Shown here: positions 47,035-57,006 of the stretch, in pieces | Numbering within the stretch: the stretch's first letter is position 1 | Layout: every line of letters begins with the position of its first letter | From: Candidatus Gottesmanbacteria bacterium UBA5942 | GTDB lineage: Bacteria > Patescibacteriota > Microgenomatia > UBA10105 > UBA927 | Direction: 5' to 3' | Assembly: GCA_002430725.1 (NCBI GenBank) | Contig: DJCU01000001.1 | Span: 9,639 to 73,638 of the forward strand | DNA: 64,000 bases | Translations under genes and position numbers: made by a program | Notes under the pieces: generated by a model | The model's database searches: none | What the model was told of the DNA's origin: nothing | The model's input: the letters and a program-made list of their open reading frames with translations, nothing else

Positions 47035-47829
47035 TACATCGACACCCACGTACAGCTTAATTTTTCAGACTTTGACGCTGATCGTGCCATGGTCATCGGA
47101 AACGCCAAAAAAGCCGGGGTCAAACAATTTATCGTGCCTGGTGTTGATCATCTTTCGTGCCGCACCGCGGTACATTTTGCTCACGAGTACCCTGGTATTA
47201 TTTTTGCCGCAGTGGGCTTTCACCCATACGAGGCACCCAAAAATCCTGATCTTTCGTATATTGAAACACTCCTAAAAGACGATGCAAACAAAAATTATAT
47301 AGTCGCTATTGGTGAATGTGGACTAGACTACCACCAATATAAAGGTGAAGTTGCCGGAGGACGAAAAGATGTGCAGCAAAAATTATTTAGAGAACAGCTC
47401 GAGATAGCAAATTTTTATGATCTTCCCGTTATTATTCACTGTCGAGAAGCGTTTGATGATTTGTTTGCTACACTCAATACGCTCAACAAAATTCCACGCG
47501 GAGTCGTGCACTGTTTTTCTGGTGGACTGCAAGACCTCAGAGTGATACAGGAACTCGGCTTATACGTTGGGATAGACGGCAATGTTACATATTCAAAACA
47601 ATTAGCAACAATTGTTCCTCATATCTCGCTTTCCATGCTGCTACTCGAAACTGATGCACCGTACCTTACGCCTGTTCCACACCGCGGTACAAGAAACGAA
47701 CCGAAATACATACCCCTCATAGCCCAAAAAATTGCGTCACTCCAAGGAAAAGAAGTGAGTGTCATCATGGAGGAAACGACCAAAAATGCACAGGCACTTT
47801 TTTCCCTTCCGGAAAATGAGCGCCTATAA
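47032..47829 (+). CDS. tatD: TatD family DNase
   Basis: IDTHVQL, GFHP, AIGECGLDY, IIHCRE, VHCFSG, LETDAPYLTP. Confidence 0.93.
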   Translation: MYIDTHVQLNFSDFDADRAMVIGNAKKAGVKQFIVPGVDHLSCRTAVHFAHEYPGIIFAAVGFHPYEAPKNPDLSYIETLLKDDANKNYIVAIGECGLDYHQYKGEVAGGRKDVQQKLFREQLEIANFYDLPVIIHCREAFDDLFATLNTLNKIPRGVVHCFSGGLQDLRVIQELGLYVGIDGNVTYSKQLATIVPHISLSMLLLETDAPYLTPVPHRGTRNEPKYIPLIAQKIASLQGKEVSVIMEETTKNAQALFSLPENERL

Positions 47830-47898
47830 TACTCACCAAGGCTGTGCAAAGCCATTAGGTTTAGCGCCATCCTGCGTGGTATAATTTAGCTTGATCCT

Positions 47899-49380
47899 AT
47901 GCGCCAGATATTTTTGCGCTACCCCAATAAAACGTTGCGGCTTTTTGAAATAGCGATTCCTCTATTTTCGTGGTTTATTATCACGCTTCCTTTGTGGCTT
48001 TCGTTCTGGCATCCTGCTTTAGTCGCGTATCTTATTATTACGTTTGACGTGTACTGGTTTTACAAGTCAGTCACCCTCGTCATTTTTGCAGTCCGCTCGT
48101 TTGTCACGTTCACCGCACACGCTGCTATAAATTGGCTTGCACAAGCAAAAAGTCTTCCAAATTTTGAACATATCTGGCACGTTATTATCATTCCTGAATA
48201 CCAAGAACCCTTGCATATTCTCAAGCGCACGCTCGAAAATTTAGCAAACCAAGATTTTCCGCGTGAACGGATGATTGTAGTACTCGCAACGGAGGCAAAA
48301 GATACAAATAGCGCGGAAACTGCTACACAACTAAAAAAAGAATTTGGCAAACGATTTGGTCATTTTCTGGTAACCAAGCATACATTGGTCGCAGGTGAAA
48401 TCGCAGGAAAATCGTCCAACATGGCACACGCAGCCAAACAAGCTGCTCTGCTTATTCATTCCAAAAAAATTCCTCTTCCCTGGGTCACCGTTACTTCATG
48501 TGACGCGGATGCCCTTCCTCATCCAAAATATTTTTCCGCATTGGCTTACCAATTTTTGAAAGACCCTGAACGTCACGATCATTTTTATCAAGGAAGCATC
48601 ATGTTTTATAACAATATTTGGCGTATACCGCTCCCTTATCGGTTTCTTAATACGCTTAACAGCATGTGGAACCTTGCGTTTTTATCACAGCAATCACGAC
48701 TTATTAATTTTTCTACCTACTCACTTTCTTTTCAAACCGCCGCCTCGGTGGGCTATTGGGCGGTAGATGTCATACCAGAGGATTACCACATGTTTTTTAC
48801 CGTATATTTTGCCCGAGGTGAACGCGTATCGGTACAACCAATATTTCTTCCAATACTGGTAGATGCCGCAGAAAGTACTGGATTTTTCCGTACATTCATA
48901 AATCAATATGAACAATCCAAACGATGGGCATGGGGTGTTTCTGATATTCCCTACGTTATCCGAGAAGCTTTCCTGCATCCAGAAATTAAACTTTCGGATC
49001 GCGTGCGAAGAGTTGCATCACTATTAGAGCATCATCTCCTCTGGCCAACAAATTGGTTTATCCTCACCCTTGGAAGCACAGTGCCACCGCTCATTAATCA
49101 AGATTTTGCACGAACAGTACTCGGACATAATCTCGCACGCATTTCTTCGGGGATACTCACGCTTTCAACTATATTTTTGATTATCGTCTTTATTATTGAC
49201 TGGCGTATTAAGCCTCCGCCACCCAAATCATATCCCAAGTGGAAATTACCACTTTTGTATCTCCAGTGGTTAACACTTCCCATTATTTCATTTTTTCTCT
49301 CGGCACTCCCAGGGCTCGATGCTCACACGAGGTTGCTTCTGGGTAAACGACTGGAATACCGAGTGACGGAAAAGATATAA
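47899..49380 (+). CDS. Membrane-bound GT2-family glycosyltransferase
   Basis: IIIPEYQE, GKSSN, SCDAD, PEDYH, QSKRWAWG; N- and C-terminal TMs. Confidence 0.88.
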   Translation: MRQIFLRYPNKTLRLFEIAIPLFSWFIITLPLWLSFWHPALVAYLIITFDVYWFYKSVTLVIFAVRSFVTFTAHAAINWLAQAKSLPNFEHIWHVIIIPEYQEPLHILKRTLENLANQDFPRERMIVVLATEAKDTNSAETATQLKKEFGKRFGHFLVTKHTLVAGEIAGKSSNMAHAAKQAALLIHSKKIPLPWVTVTSCDADALPHPKYFSALAYQFLKDPERHDHFYQGSIMFYNNIWRIPLPYRFLNTLNSMWNLAFLSQQSRLINFSTYSLSFQTAASVGYWAVDVIPEDYHMFFTVYFARGERVSVQPIFLPILVDAAESTGFFRTFINQYEQSKRWAWGVSDIPYVIREAFLHPEIKLSDRVRRVASLLEHHLLWPTNWFILTLGSTVPPLINQDFARTVLGHNLARISSGILTLSTIFLIIVFIIDWRIKPPPPKSYPKWKLPLLYLQWLTLPIISFFLSALPGLDAHTRLLLGKRLEYRVTEKI

Positions 49381-49392
49381 TAAATACAACGT

Positions 49393-50709
49393 ATGTTGAA
49401 TCAATTACTCTCCCACACACCATTGCTCTATTTGGTGCAAAGTTTATGGCGAGACGAAGCATTTTCTATCCTCGCTTCACAGCAACCGCTTTCATTTATT
49501 GCGACAAAATTAGGATTTGAGCCACCTGTATACTACACACTGCTTCATTTCTGGATAAAATTATTCGGAACAAGTGAAGTTGCTGCAAGAAGCTTATCGG
49601 TGTTGGGTTTTCTGATGGCGACTATCCTCATTATAGAGTGGGGACACACCATGTACAAAAAACATTGGCTCGCGTGGTATCTGCCGCTTATTTTTTTCCT
49701 TAACCCCATGTTGCTGTATTACTCGTTTGAAGTACGCACGTATGCATGGTATACATTTTTTGCAACCGCAATGCTTGTTACCTTTATCGAAAAGAAATGG
49801 CGATGGTTTATCGCATCTGCAGTATTAGGATTTTATACACATGTCTATCTGCTTCCATTTTTTGGCACGCTCGTTTTACATTATCTCTGGACAAATAAAC
49901 CAACACGTAAATCATTGTGGACGTTTATAAAAAAAGATAAAGGACTTCATGCATTAGCGATTGCGGGAGCATTCATGATCCCATGGGTAGTAAAAGCTGC
50001 TCTAGAGGCAACACGCCTCAAGAGTTCATGGTATTTCCCGGTCGATTGGCAACTCGTGAAGTCTGCACTCGGAAACTTGTTTGTCGGCTATGAAGGTACT
50101 CCCTGGTACGGATGGAAGTATACATATTACCTTTCACTCGGCATTATCGGGGCTTCGCTCTTTGCACTAAAAGACAAAGCACAGCGCCGCCGAAATCTGC
50201 TATTTATCCTGTTTGGTGCATTACCGCTTGTTGTCATCATCGCTGCGTCATTTATAAAGCCGCTTTATGTAAACCGATACCTGTTGCCCGTTACGATCGC
50301 AGAGGTACTTATTGTCGTAGCAGCATTAGCAGCGATAAAACAGACGATTATCCAAAAAATTGCAGCAGGAGCAATACTTGCAGGCATCCTTTGGTTTAAT
50401 TGGTGGTATTCGCCATATCATGCAAAACCTCCAATTCGCACGACATTTGAACAAATATACACACTTGAAAAACCCGGTGACCTTATCCTCGCTTCGGATT
50501 CGCTTATTTATCTCGAAGCGCTCTACTATGCAAAAGATAAAAATAAGGTATATCTCTATAACCCAAATAATAACGAATTCCCCTGGTACGTAGGAGACGC
50601 ACTTATTACCCCATCTCGCATGATCCGCGATTACCCCGTTTACCCCAAGCGTGGCTTTTTGGTATATCCTGATACTACATTTGAAATTGTCTACCAAATG
50701 CCTTTATGA
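49393..50709 (+). CDS. GT-C fold (PMT_2/ArnT-like) glycosyltransferase
   Basis: SLWRDEAFS, PPVYYTLLHFW, SEVAARSLS, EVRTY, many TMs. Confidence 0.85.
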   Translation: MLNQLLSHTPLLYLVQSLWRDEAFSILASQQPLSFIATKLGFEPPVYYTLLHFWIKLFGTSEVAARSLSVLGFLMATILIIEWGHTMYKKHWLAWYLPLIFFLNPMLLYYSFEVRTYAWYTFFATAMLVTFIEKKWRWFIASAVLGFYTHVYLLPFFGTLVLHYLWTNKPTRKSLWTFIKKDKGLHALAIAGAFMIPWVVKAALEATRLKSSWYFPVDWQLVKSALGNLFVGYEGTPWYGWKYTYYLSLGIIGASLFALKDKAQRRRNLLFILFGALPLVVIIAASFIKPLYVNRYLLPVTIAEVLIVVAALAAIKQTIIQKIAAGAILAGILWFNWWYSPYHAKPPIRTTFEQIYTLEKPGDLILASDSLIYLEALYYAKDKNKVYLYNPNNNEFPWYVGDALITPSRMIRDYPVYPKRGFLVYPDTTFEIVYQMPL

Positions 50710-51095
50710 AATTCACCCTTCCCGTTTCTCCTCCACAAGAATTACTCCAAGGGATTGGCTCGACAAAAATGACATGGGAGTATCGATGGGCAACAAATGC
50801 AGTTATTACTCAACTCATCGTGGGAAGCGGAGTCCTTGCATGGTTTTGGAGATTTTTACCTCCCGAGATACCCCTTTGGTATAGTCGACCATGGGGACAG
50901 GAACGATTAGCCTCTCCATGGTTTCTTTTGTTGCCGATGGCGACTGCCATAGTGGTTTACCTTATTAACCTTTTGCTTATCGCCAAATTTGCATCACAAC
51001 ACCCCATGTTTACTCGCGTACTCCTCCTTACTTCACTCCTTGTATCGTGCTTAAGTGGCGCTATGGTTATACGCATTATTACACTTATAAGTTAA
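50706..51095 (+). CDS. DUF1648-like membrane protein
   Basis: LPPEIPLWYSRPWG motif between TM helices. Confidence 0.65.
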   Translation: MKFTLPVSPPQELLQGIGSTKMTWEYRWATNAVITQLIVGSGVLAWFWRFLPPEIPLWYSRPWGQERLASPWFLLLPMATAIVVYLINLLLIAKFASQHPMFTRVLLLTSLLVSCLSGAMVIRIITLIS

Positions 51096-52180
51096 TGATC
51101 GAATTCCTTCCATCACTACTTGCTGCCGCGCTCATTACCTTCGGCTTAACACCGCTCGTTATCAGATTTGCCCGCCAGCATGGTCTCGTCGATGACCCAA
51201 AGCATCGATACCACCCTGCGCATACGCATAAAGGTGTTATTCCTCGGGCAGGAGGGTTAGCGCTATTTTTGGGCATTGCCACCATGATGCTTATAGCACT
51301 CCCTATGAACCCTCAAATCATGGGAATTATTGTCGGAAGCGTTATTCTCATGATTGTCGGGCTATTTGATGACAAACGGGACGTAAACCCATATATACGA
51401 CTCGGAACAAATATTTTGGTTGCGATAATAGTCGTTGCCACTGGGAGCAGTATCCCATTTATCACAAACCCGCTTACCGGTGGTGTACTACCACTCTCAA
51501 TATGGAGCTTTGCCATAGAGCTAGGTGGCAACAGTGTCGTTATCGGTCTTCCCCACTTTTTGGCAATTATCTGGATAGTGTGGACTATGAACATTATTGG
51601 GTGGTCTGCCGGAGTTGACGGACAAATGCCTGGATATGTCGCAATCTCTGCTTTTATATTAGGGCTTTTATCTCTTCGGTATAGTTTGCTTGATGCCAAC
51701 CAAATTTGGGTAACGATACTCGCATTTATTGTCGCTGGAGCGTATGTAGGATTTCTTCCTTGGAATTTTTATCCCCAGAAAATTATGCCCGGGTACGGTG
51801 GCAAAACGCTGGCAGGATTTTTTCTCGCCCTCTTGGGTATTTTGTCTTTCGCAAAATTAGGGACTGCCCTGCTCGTTCTTGGTATCCCTATGTTAGACGC
51901 GGTGGCGACTCTTATAAGACGCATAGGGTTGAGAAAGTCGCCCGTACTTGCTGATCGGGGACATCTTCACCACCGACTATTGGACTTAGGGTGGAGCAAG
52001 CCAAAAATCGCCTTGTTTTACTGGGGAGTCTCGGCTATACTTGGGCTGGTATCGCTTACAGTCACAAGCACACTAAAAGTATTCACTTTTGTTGCTGTAG
52101 CTGTAGCGCTATCCATGTTTCTCGTATGGGTCAGCTTCTTTACGCAATTCTCAAAGCAGCAAGACCACGACAGTGGCTAA
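51095..52180 (+). CDS. MraY/WecA/TagO-family polyprenyl-P sugar-1-P transferase
   Basis: PRAGGLA, GLFDD, WNFYPQKIMPG, DRGHLHHRL (WecA/TagO-type HxHH). Confidence 0.9.
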   Translation: MIEFLPSLLAAALITFGLTPLVIRFARQHGLVDDPKHRYHPAHTHKGVIPRAGGLALFLGIATMMLIALPMNPQIMGIIVGSVILMIVGLFDDKRDVNPYIRLGTNILVAIIVVATGSSIPFITNPLTGGVLPLSIWSFAIELGGNSVVIGLPHFLAIIWIVWTMNIIGWSAGVDGQMPGYVAISAFILGLLSLRYSLLDANQIWVTILAFIVAGAYVGFLPWNFYPQKIMPGYGGKTLAGFFLALLGILSFAKLGTALLVLGIPMLDAVATLIRRIGLRKSPVLADRGHLHHRLLDLGWSKPKIALFYWGVSAILGLVSLTVTSTLKVFTFVAVAVALSMFLVWVSFFTQFSKQQDHDSG

Positions 52181-53064
52181 AAAACTTAGCGCTGTTCACT
52201 ACGATATTCTTTACAGGACACTTATTTAATACCTCTCTTCTTAGTGATTCTCTCCTCGGATTTGTCGCGTTCTGTTTTCTTTCCTCATCAAATTACATAT
52301 TAAATGACGTACTCGATGCCCCCGCTGACAGACGTCACCCGTTTAAAAAATTTCGCCCTGTCGCGAGTGGCAAACTACCGGTAAAAACAGCGTTACTTGT
52401 ATCTTTACTCCTCCTCGTTTCTGGATTAGGAATAGCGCAGATAATCGGTCAAACATTTTTTCTCTTTTCCCTGGTCTTTATCCTGCTGCAGTACTCGTAT
52501 TCGATTATCTTGAAGCACATATCTGTCATTGATATTGTCGCAATTACTGCAGGGTACGTACTTCGCGTCTACGCGGGAGAAGCGGCAAGTGGATATCATA
52601 TTTCTATCTGGCTTGCGCTTGCAGCATTATCGCTCGCACTATTTCTTGCTATCGGCAAACGGAGAGCAGAACTCACCCTAATCCAAGGCTCTGGAGACGC
52701 ATCACCCAAAGATACGAGGGCAGCATTATCGCACTATTCTGAAAAACTTTTGGATGCGTATACGTCTATGTTCGCCACCAGTACGTTTATCTCATACACG
52801 TATTTTACATTCCTTGAGCGCCCGATCACCCAGGGGCTTATATTTAAAAACTACAGTGACTTCGTTATCGGTATACCAGATCGCAAATGGATGATGATGA
52901 CCATACCATTTGTCCTATATGGCATTATGCGATACATGCAGCTTATTTATCATGGAAAAGGTGAGTCACCTGAGCAAGTGTTAACGACAGACTTACCACT
53001 CCTTAGCACTGTTATCCTTTGGACAGGGGCTGCATTTTTTGTCATCTATGGTATCGGGGGCTGA
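52126..53064 (+). CDS. UbiA-family prenyltransferase (decaprenyl-phosphate phosphoribosyltransferase-like)
   Basis: RPRQWLKN, YILNDVLDAPADRRHPFKKFRPVASG, LRVYAG, GKRRAE; start 52126. Confidence 0.88.
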   Translation: MGQLLYAILKAARPRQWLKNLALFTTIFFTGHLFNTSLLSDSLLGFVAFCFLSSSNYILNDVLDAPADRRHPFKKFRPVASGKLPVKTALLVSLLLLVSGLGIAQIIGQTFFLFSLVFILLQYSYSIILKHISVIDIVAITAGYVLRVYAGEAASGYHISIWLALAALSLALFLAIGKRRAELTLIQGSGDASPKDTRAALSHYSEKLLDAYTSMFATSTFISYTYFTFLERPITQGLIFKNYSDFVIGIPDRKWMMMTIPFVLYGIMRYMQLIYHGKGESPEQVLTTDLPLLSTVILWTGAAFFVIYGIGG

Positions 53065-53070
53065 TACGTG

Positions 53071-53598
53071 TTAGGAGTTTATATCTATCTTTTCACTAAT
53101 TACTTCAACTAACTGAGAATTGTTCCATGTGCTGTAGTTATAAACAATTCCCGGCTTGTTCCCCAAGACGTGAGGAAGATAGTATTTTACCGGAGGGAAC
53201 ACCTCTTTTTTCTCCAAGACTTCTGCTTTGTTCATCCATGCGGCATTACCTTCGCGAGAAGCAAATACAACATCCGGTTTCTGGGATACATTGGCCAAAA
53301 AACCAAAAACGATAAATAGCTCGTTGCGATCTGTATGATGGTGCATTGCTACAAATTTAAGTTGTATTTCTGACGGGAGAAGCGTTATCCCAACCTCTTC
53401 ATGAACCTCGCGGATAGCAGCTGATAACGGATCTTCTCCTTCCTCTATATGTCCCCCAGGGAGCGCGAGCCAGCCAGGAAATATTTTTTTGGTATCACTT
53501 CTTCGAAACATAAGTACTTCTTCCCCGCATACAACAAAAATATCTACGGTAAGTACAGGCGTGGCTACGGTATGTGGTTGTGTCGAAAGAGCGCTCAT
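53071..53598 (-). CDS. NUDIX hydrolase
   Basis: Nudix box GGHIEEGEDPLSAAIREVHEEVG. Confidence 0.93.
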   Translation of the reverse strand: MSALSTQPHTVATPVLTVDIFVVCGEEVLMFRRSDTKKIFPGWLALPGGHIEEGEDPLSAAIREVHEEVGITLLPSEIQLKFVAMHHHTDRNELFIVFGFLANVSQKPDVVFASREGNAAWMNKAEVLEKKEVFPPVKYYLPHVLGNKPGIVYNYSTWNNSQLVEVISEKIDINS

Positions 53599-53632
53599 AA
53601 ACTAAGTATACCAGGAGAAAAGACAACGGGAA

Positions 53633-54514
53633 TTACTCTGTTTTATCCGCGTACTGGGAAGAAATCCATCCTTTGTTAGTGCCATCGTAAGAAATTTGAT
53701 ACCAAGAACTCTGCGTATTAAATAAGTGATATCGCTCACCGGGGTTCACTCGAGCGGCTTCAGTTGAAGAAGTAGAAGGCTCCATGCGTACCCGAAGAAA
53801 CCCTGTCGGTGTATCTTTGATAGTGACGTATGGTTTTTGTGGGACTGCAGATGATGTGGCAGTCGTGCCACCTGCAGCTACTGTTGGCGATGGTGTGACT
53901 CCCGCTGAAGATGTCGACTCACTTGTTGCAGGAACACCACCAGCAGAAAGCGCTAACTTCATGCTCGCGATGAGCTTGTACCCAGTCGTCAATTTTACTT
54001 TCATACTTCTCGTCAAAAATCCTGGGGAAGTAACGGTTAACGTGTGATCTCCTGCCTCTGCATCTGAAATCGTAATTGGCGAAATTCCTTTGGTGACGTC
54101 ATCCAAGACAACTGAGGCGCCGTCAGGGTTGGTGATCACCGAAAACTCTGGCTTGCCAGCAACGCTTTTTTCCAGCCACAGCACGTCTACCGCAGACGAA
54201 AGCTCAGATTCTGAAAGAATAGCGTTCACATAGGTAAGAAGATTAGGTCCTACCGATATTTTTGCCTGCCATGGAGCTACTTCTCCAGTGGTTGATTCGG
54301 CTACTAATCGGATTGTGTACTCACCTGCTGTCACTTTTTCCCGAAGAGGTGTACGACCGATGTGTTTGTTGTCCAAAAATACGCTCACTGTCGGTGTGGC
54401 GTCTACCCGCAACTCACCTTCTTTGGGTGCGCGGTTTCCTAATAACTTTACAGCTCCCACGATAACGAGGATAACAACAAGGAAAACGAGGAGAAAGCTG
54501 ATTTTACGCTTCAT
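53633..54514 (-). CDS. PEGA-domain protein with C-terminal SH3b-like domain
   Basis: N-terminal TM; two PEGA repeats (VFLDNKHIGRTP; NPDGASVVLD..GISP); LRVRMEPS..WYQI..GWISSQY. Confidence 0.85.
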   Translation of the reverse strand: MKRKISFLLVFLVVILVIVGAVKLLGNRAPKEGELRVDATPTVSVFLDNKHIGRTPLREKVTAGEYTIRLVAESTTGEVAPWQAKISVGPNLLTYVNAILSESELSSAVDVLWLEKSVAGKPEFSVITNPDGASVVLDDVTKGISPITISDAEAGDHTLTVTSPGFLTRSMKVKLTTGYKLIASMKLALSAGGVPATSESTSSAGVTPSPTVAAGGTTATSSAVPQKPYVTIKDTPTGFLRVRMEPSTSSTEAARVNPGERYHLFNTQSSWYQISYDGTNKGWISSQYADKTE

Positions 54515-54576
54515 AAATTGAGTTCGATCATACCACATCTGACAAGTTTCAGGCAATGTTACAGGCTCTCGCAAAT

Positions 54577-54642
54577 TTGACTTTAGGGCTTTTTTACGCT
54601 ACAATACGCGGTATTGAACCACTCCTCCGGGGGTGGTTTTTT
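54577..54642 (+). promoter_or_regulatory. Sigma70 promoter followed by a terminator-like hairpin, upstream of the M23 gene
   Basis: TTGACT (54577-54582), 17 nt, TACAAT (54600-54605); AACCACTCC-TCCG-GGGGTGGTT-TTTT (54617-54642). Confidence 0.7.
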
Positions 54643-54655
54643 AGTCACTACGCCT

Positions 54656-55312
54656 ATGTATAAAACCGCGCTTTTATGGCTGACACGGCCGTACCACGGA
54701 AGCAATCGGTTAAGCCGCGTCATCCGTCAAAAAATTGAGGGAAAGCCGCTGTCTGAAGTCATCGGCATACCGCTTATTAGCTTTGCATTTTTTGCAGCTA
54801 TTGTCGTGCCGCAAACACAGGCAGGGTTTAGTGCGGCAGAGGTATACCTAGACACCCAGTCTACTACGGTAAATGCGGTAGTGACCCCTTCCCGCTTCCG
54901 ATGGCCACTTGCAACCTTCGGTATTTCCCAATTTTCTTCTGGCTGGCATACAGCGCTTGACCTTACAAATCCAGCAGGCACACCTATTTACCCGGTCACC
55001 GATGGAAAAATAATACTGGTTGCCTCTCTGTTTAACGGATATGGCAAACACGTCATCGTAGAACACGACAACAACATGACCTCAACATACGCCCATTTAT
55101 CAAAAATTACGGTGACAGAAGGTCAAACAGTAACCAAAGACACCGAACTCGGTACAGTCGGTGCTACTGGCTGGGCTACCGGAAACCACTTACACTTAGA
55201 GATCCATCAGGATGGAGCTGCATTAAATCCTATGGAAGTATTGCCACAAATCCAGAAGTATGAACCAGGTCGTCAGATAACACACCAGATACCCTCCGAT
55301 ATCTCGCTATAA
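54656..55312 (+). CDS. M23-family metallopeptidase
   Basis: WHTALD (HxxxD), YGKHVIVEH, YAHL, HLHLE (HxH); N-terminal TM. Confidence 0.92.
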   Translation: MYKTALLWLTRPYHGSNRLSRVIRQKIEGKPLSEVIGIPLISFAFFAAIVVPQTQAGFSAAEVYLDTQSTTVNAVVTPSRFRWPLATFGISQFSSGWHTALDLTNPAGTPIYPVTDGKIILVASLFNGYGKHVIVEHDNNMTSTYAHLSKITVTEGQTVTKDTELGTVGATGWATGNHLHLEIHQDGAALNPMEVLPQIQKYEPGRQITHQIPSDISL

Positions 55313-56095
55313 GTACTTCGTAAAAAATGCGACAACGGGAGTATGCACCACAGGAAGTAATGACGTGTCTCGTTTGTATTTGTGATCAATATTTTCCAGT
55401 AACAGCCATTCCTTGGGGCAATGAAGTGCTTCGTAAATTTTTTGCGTCTCTTGCCAGGGCACTTCGGTATCCAATAATCCTGCGACCACCAGTGCATGAG
55501 GATGAAAAATCCCATGTGCTGCCTCCAAGACATCGTGCTGTGGCAAATCTGCATCTAACCGATACGCGTATGGCACGCGGATAGTGCTACCATCTCTACT
55601 ACTTATTTTTTCCATAAATCCTGATTTTTTCCATTCTTCCTCTATATTCCCATAGGCAGTATTCGCAAATTCTACCGGTGCTGACACCGCGCACAGCGCC
55701 TTCACTCTGGCATAATCATAACTAAATAACACTGCAAGCTTGCCACCCATACTATGCCCATATACGCCACACCGAGACTCATCAATATACGGTAACGTTG
55801 TTACGTAATTATAGACCGCATCTGCATCCCGCCTATAATTGCTAAAACGATAATCATGCTCAAGTGATCCTTCGCTATCGCCAAATCCAGATGCGGTAAA
55901 CCGCACAGTAACTATTCCTTTTTCGGCCAATCGTTTCGCGATATCGACAAGATCAACACCTTCTTTGTAGCCGGTAAACCCATGAAAAATAAATACAACT
56001 GGTCGTTTACCATCGACTTCCGGCTTATAAATCTCTGTTGCGAGATTGAGCTTTTTTTTATTTGGGATATGTATAAATATCGTTTTGTAGGTCAT
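55307..56095 (-). CDS. Alpha/beta hydrolase
   Basis: FHGFTG, GFGDSEG, GHSMGG, DTEVP, DH. Confidence 0.9.
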   Translation of the reverse strand: MTYKTIFIHIPNKKKLNLATEIYKPEVDGKRPVVFIFHGFTGYKEGVDLVDIAKRLAEKGIVTVRFTASGFGDSEGSLEHDYRFSNYRRDADAVYNYVTTLPYIDESRCGVYGHSMGGKLAVLFSYDYARVKALCAVSAPVEFANTAYGNIEEEWKKSGFMEKISSRDGSTIRVPYAYRLDADLPQHDVLEAAHGIFHPHALVVAGLLDTEVPWQETQKIYEALHCPKEWLLLENIDHKYKRDTSLLPVVHTPVVAFFTKYL

Positions 56096-56982
56096 AACGA
56101 AGAGGTTGTAACCCACGACACAATTTCACTCACAAACTCAGCTTCTTTTCCAGTAAACCCGTGATCTGCATCGTTTATGATGACGCTCTTGTATACCGAT
56201 GATGCAGCGTGTGCATCAAATGATTTACGGATTGTGGTTATCGGCTGATCTGCGTGCTCATCGTTACCAGCAAATATTACAAGAAGCGGTGACTTAATTG
56301 CACCAAATGTCGATAGCGCGCCTATTTCATCACGATAATTAAATACATCTTCGGGTGATCCTTTACCCAATAAACTCATCCACCGCTTGGGAGTAAGCGG
56401 GAAGAAATCAAATCCGGTCAGCAACTCGTCACCTTTCCCCTCACGTATTTTTTGTTCCATGATGCGCTGATGTTCGCGATTTATCGCTTCATCAAATCCT
56501 GCTGAATATCTATCGGACATTGGGCCTGCAAGCACAACACCGGAAACCCGATCGTCTGGCACTGTTCCTGCGTAGTAACACACTTTGTTTGCACCCGTAC
56601 TATGACCGACCAGCGTTACGCTCGAATATCCGCGGTGTACGAAAAATGATACCATCGCATCGATATCTTTGATGCAATCGGTAAAGTTTTCTACTCCCGA
56701 GCCGATTGTTTCGTGTACATACCCCTTCTCATTGGCACTATCTAACCTGTGGGTACTGGTAACATAATCATGGCCGCGCGTGTGAAATGATGCAAAACCA
56801 ATGCCCTGCTCATCACTCATATTTGCAAATAGTTCCATAAGCTTGGGGTCACTATAAAATTTACTCGTGAGTCCATGTACCCAGACGATGGCTTTCTTTC
56901 CCGGATTTTTGGGGAGATGAAAAATACCCTGATGTACGAGATTGTCTGACGTGATAATTTCTTCTAACGAAAATTGGGTCAT
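56092..56982 (-). CDS. DUF1749-like alpha/beta hydrolase
   Basis: VHGL, GHSTG, LAGPMSD, ADHGF. Confidence 0.82.
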   Translation of the reverse strand: MTQFSLEEIITSDNLVHQGIFHLPKNPGKKAIVWVHGLTSKFYSDPKLMELFANMSDEQGIGFASFHTRGHDYVTSTHRLDSANEKGYVHETIGSGVENFTDCIKDIDAMVSFFVHRGYSSVTLVGHSTGANKVCYYAGTVPDDRVSGVVLAGPMSDRYSAGFDEAINREHQRIMEQKIREGKGDELLTGFDFFPLTPKRWMSLLGKGSPEDVFNYRDEIGALSTFGAIKSPLLVIFAGNDEHADQPITTIRKSFDAHAASSVYKSVIINDADHGFTGKEAEFVSEIVSWVTTSSL

Positions 56983-57006
56983 ATAGGGTATTATACAAGG
57001 AAAACT

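Noticed and set aside
47032-47060. TatD motif DTHVQL instead of DxHxH
   Set aside because: Single substitution with the other metal ligands intact; too weak to call a pseudo-enzyme.
51991-52125. Cys-rich N-terminal extension (FCCCSCS) of the UbiA ORF
   Set aside because: Lies out of frame within the upstream WecA-like gene; the family-typical start is at 52126.
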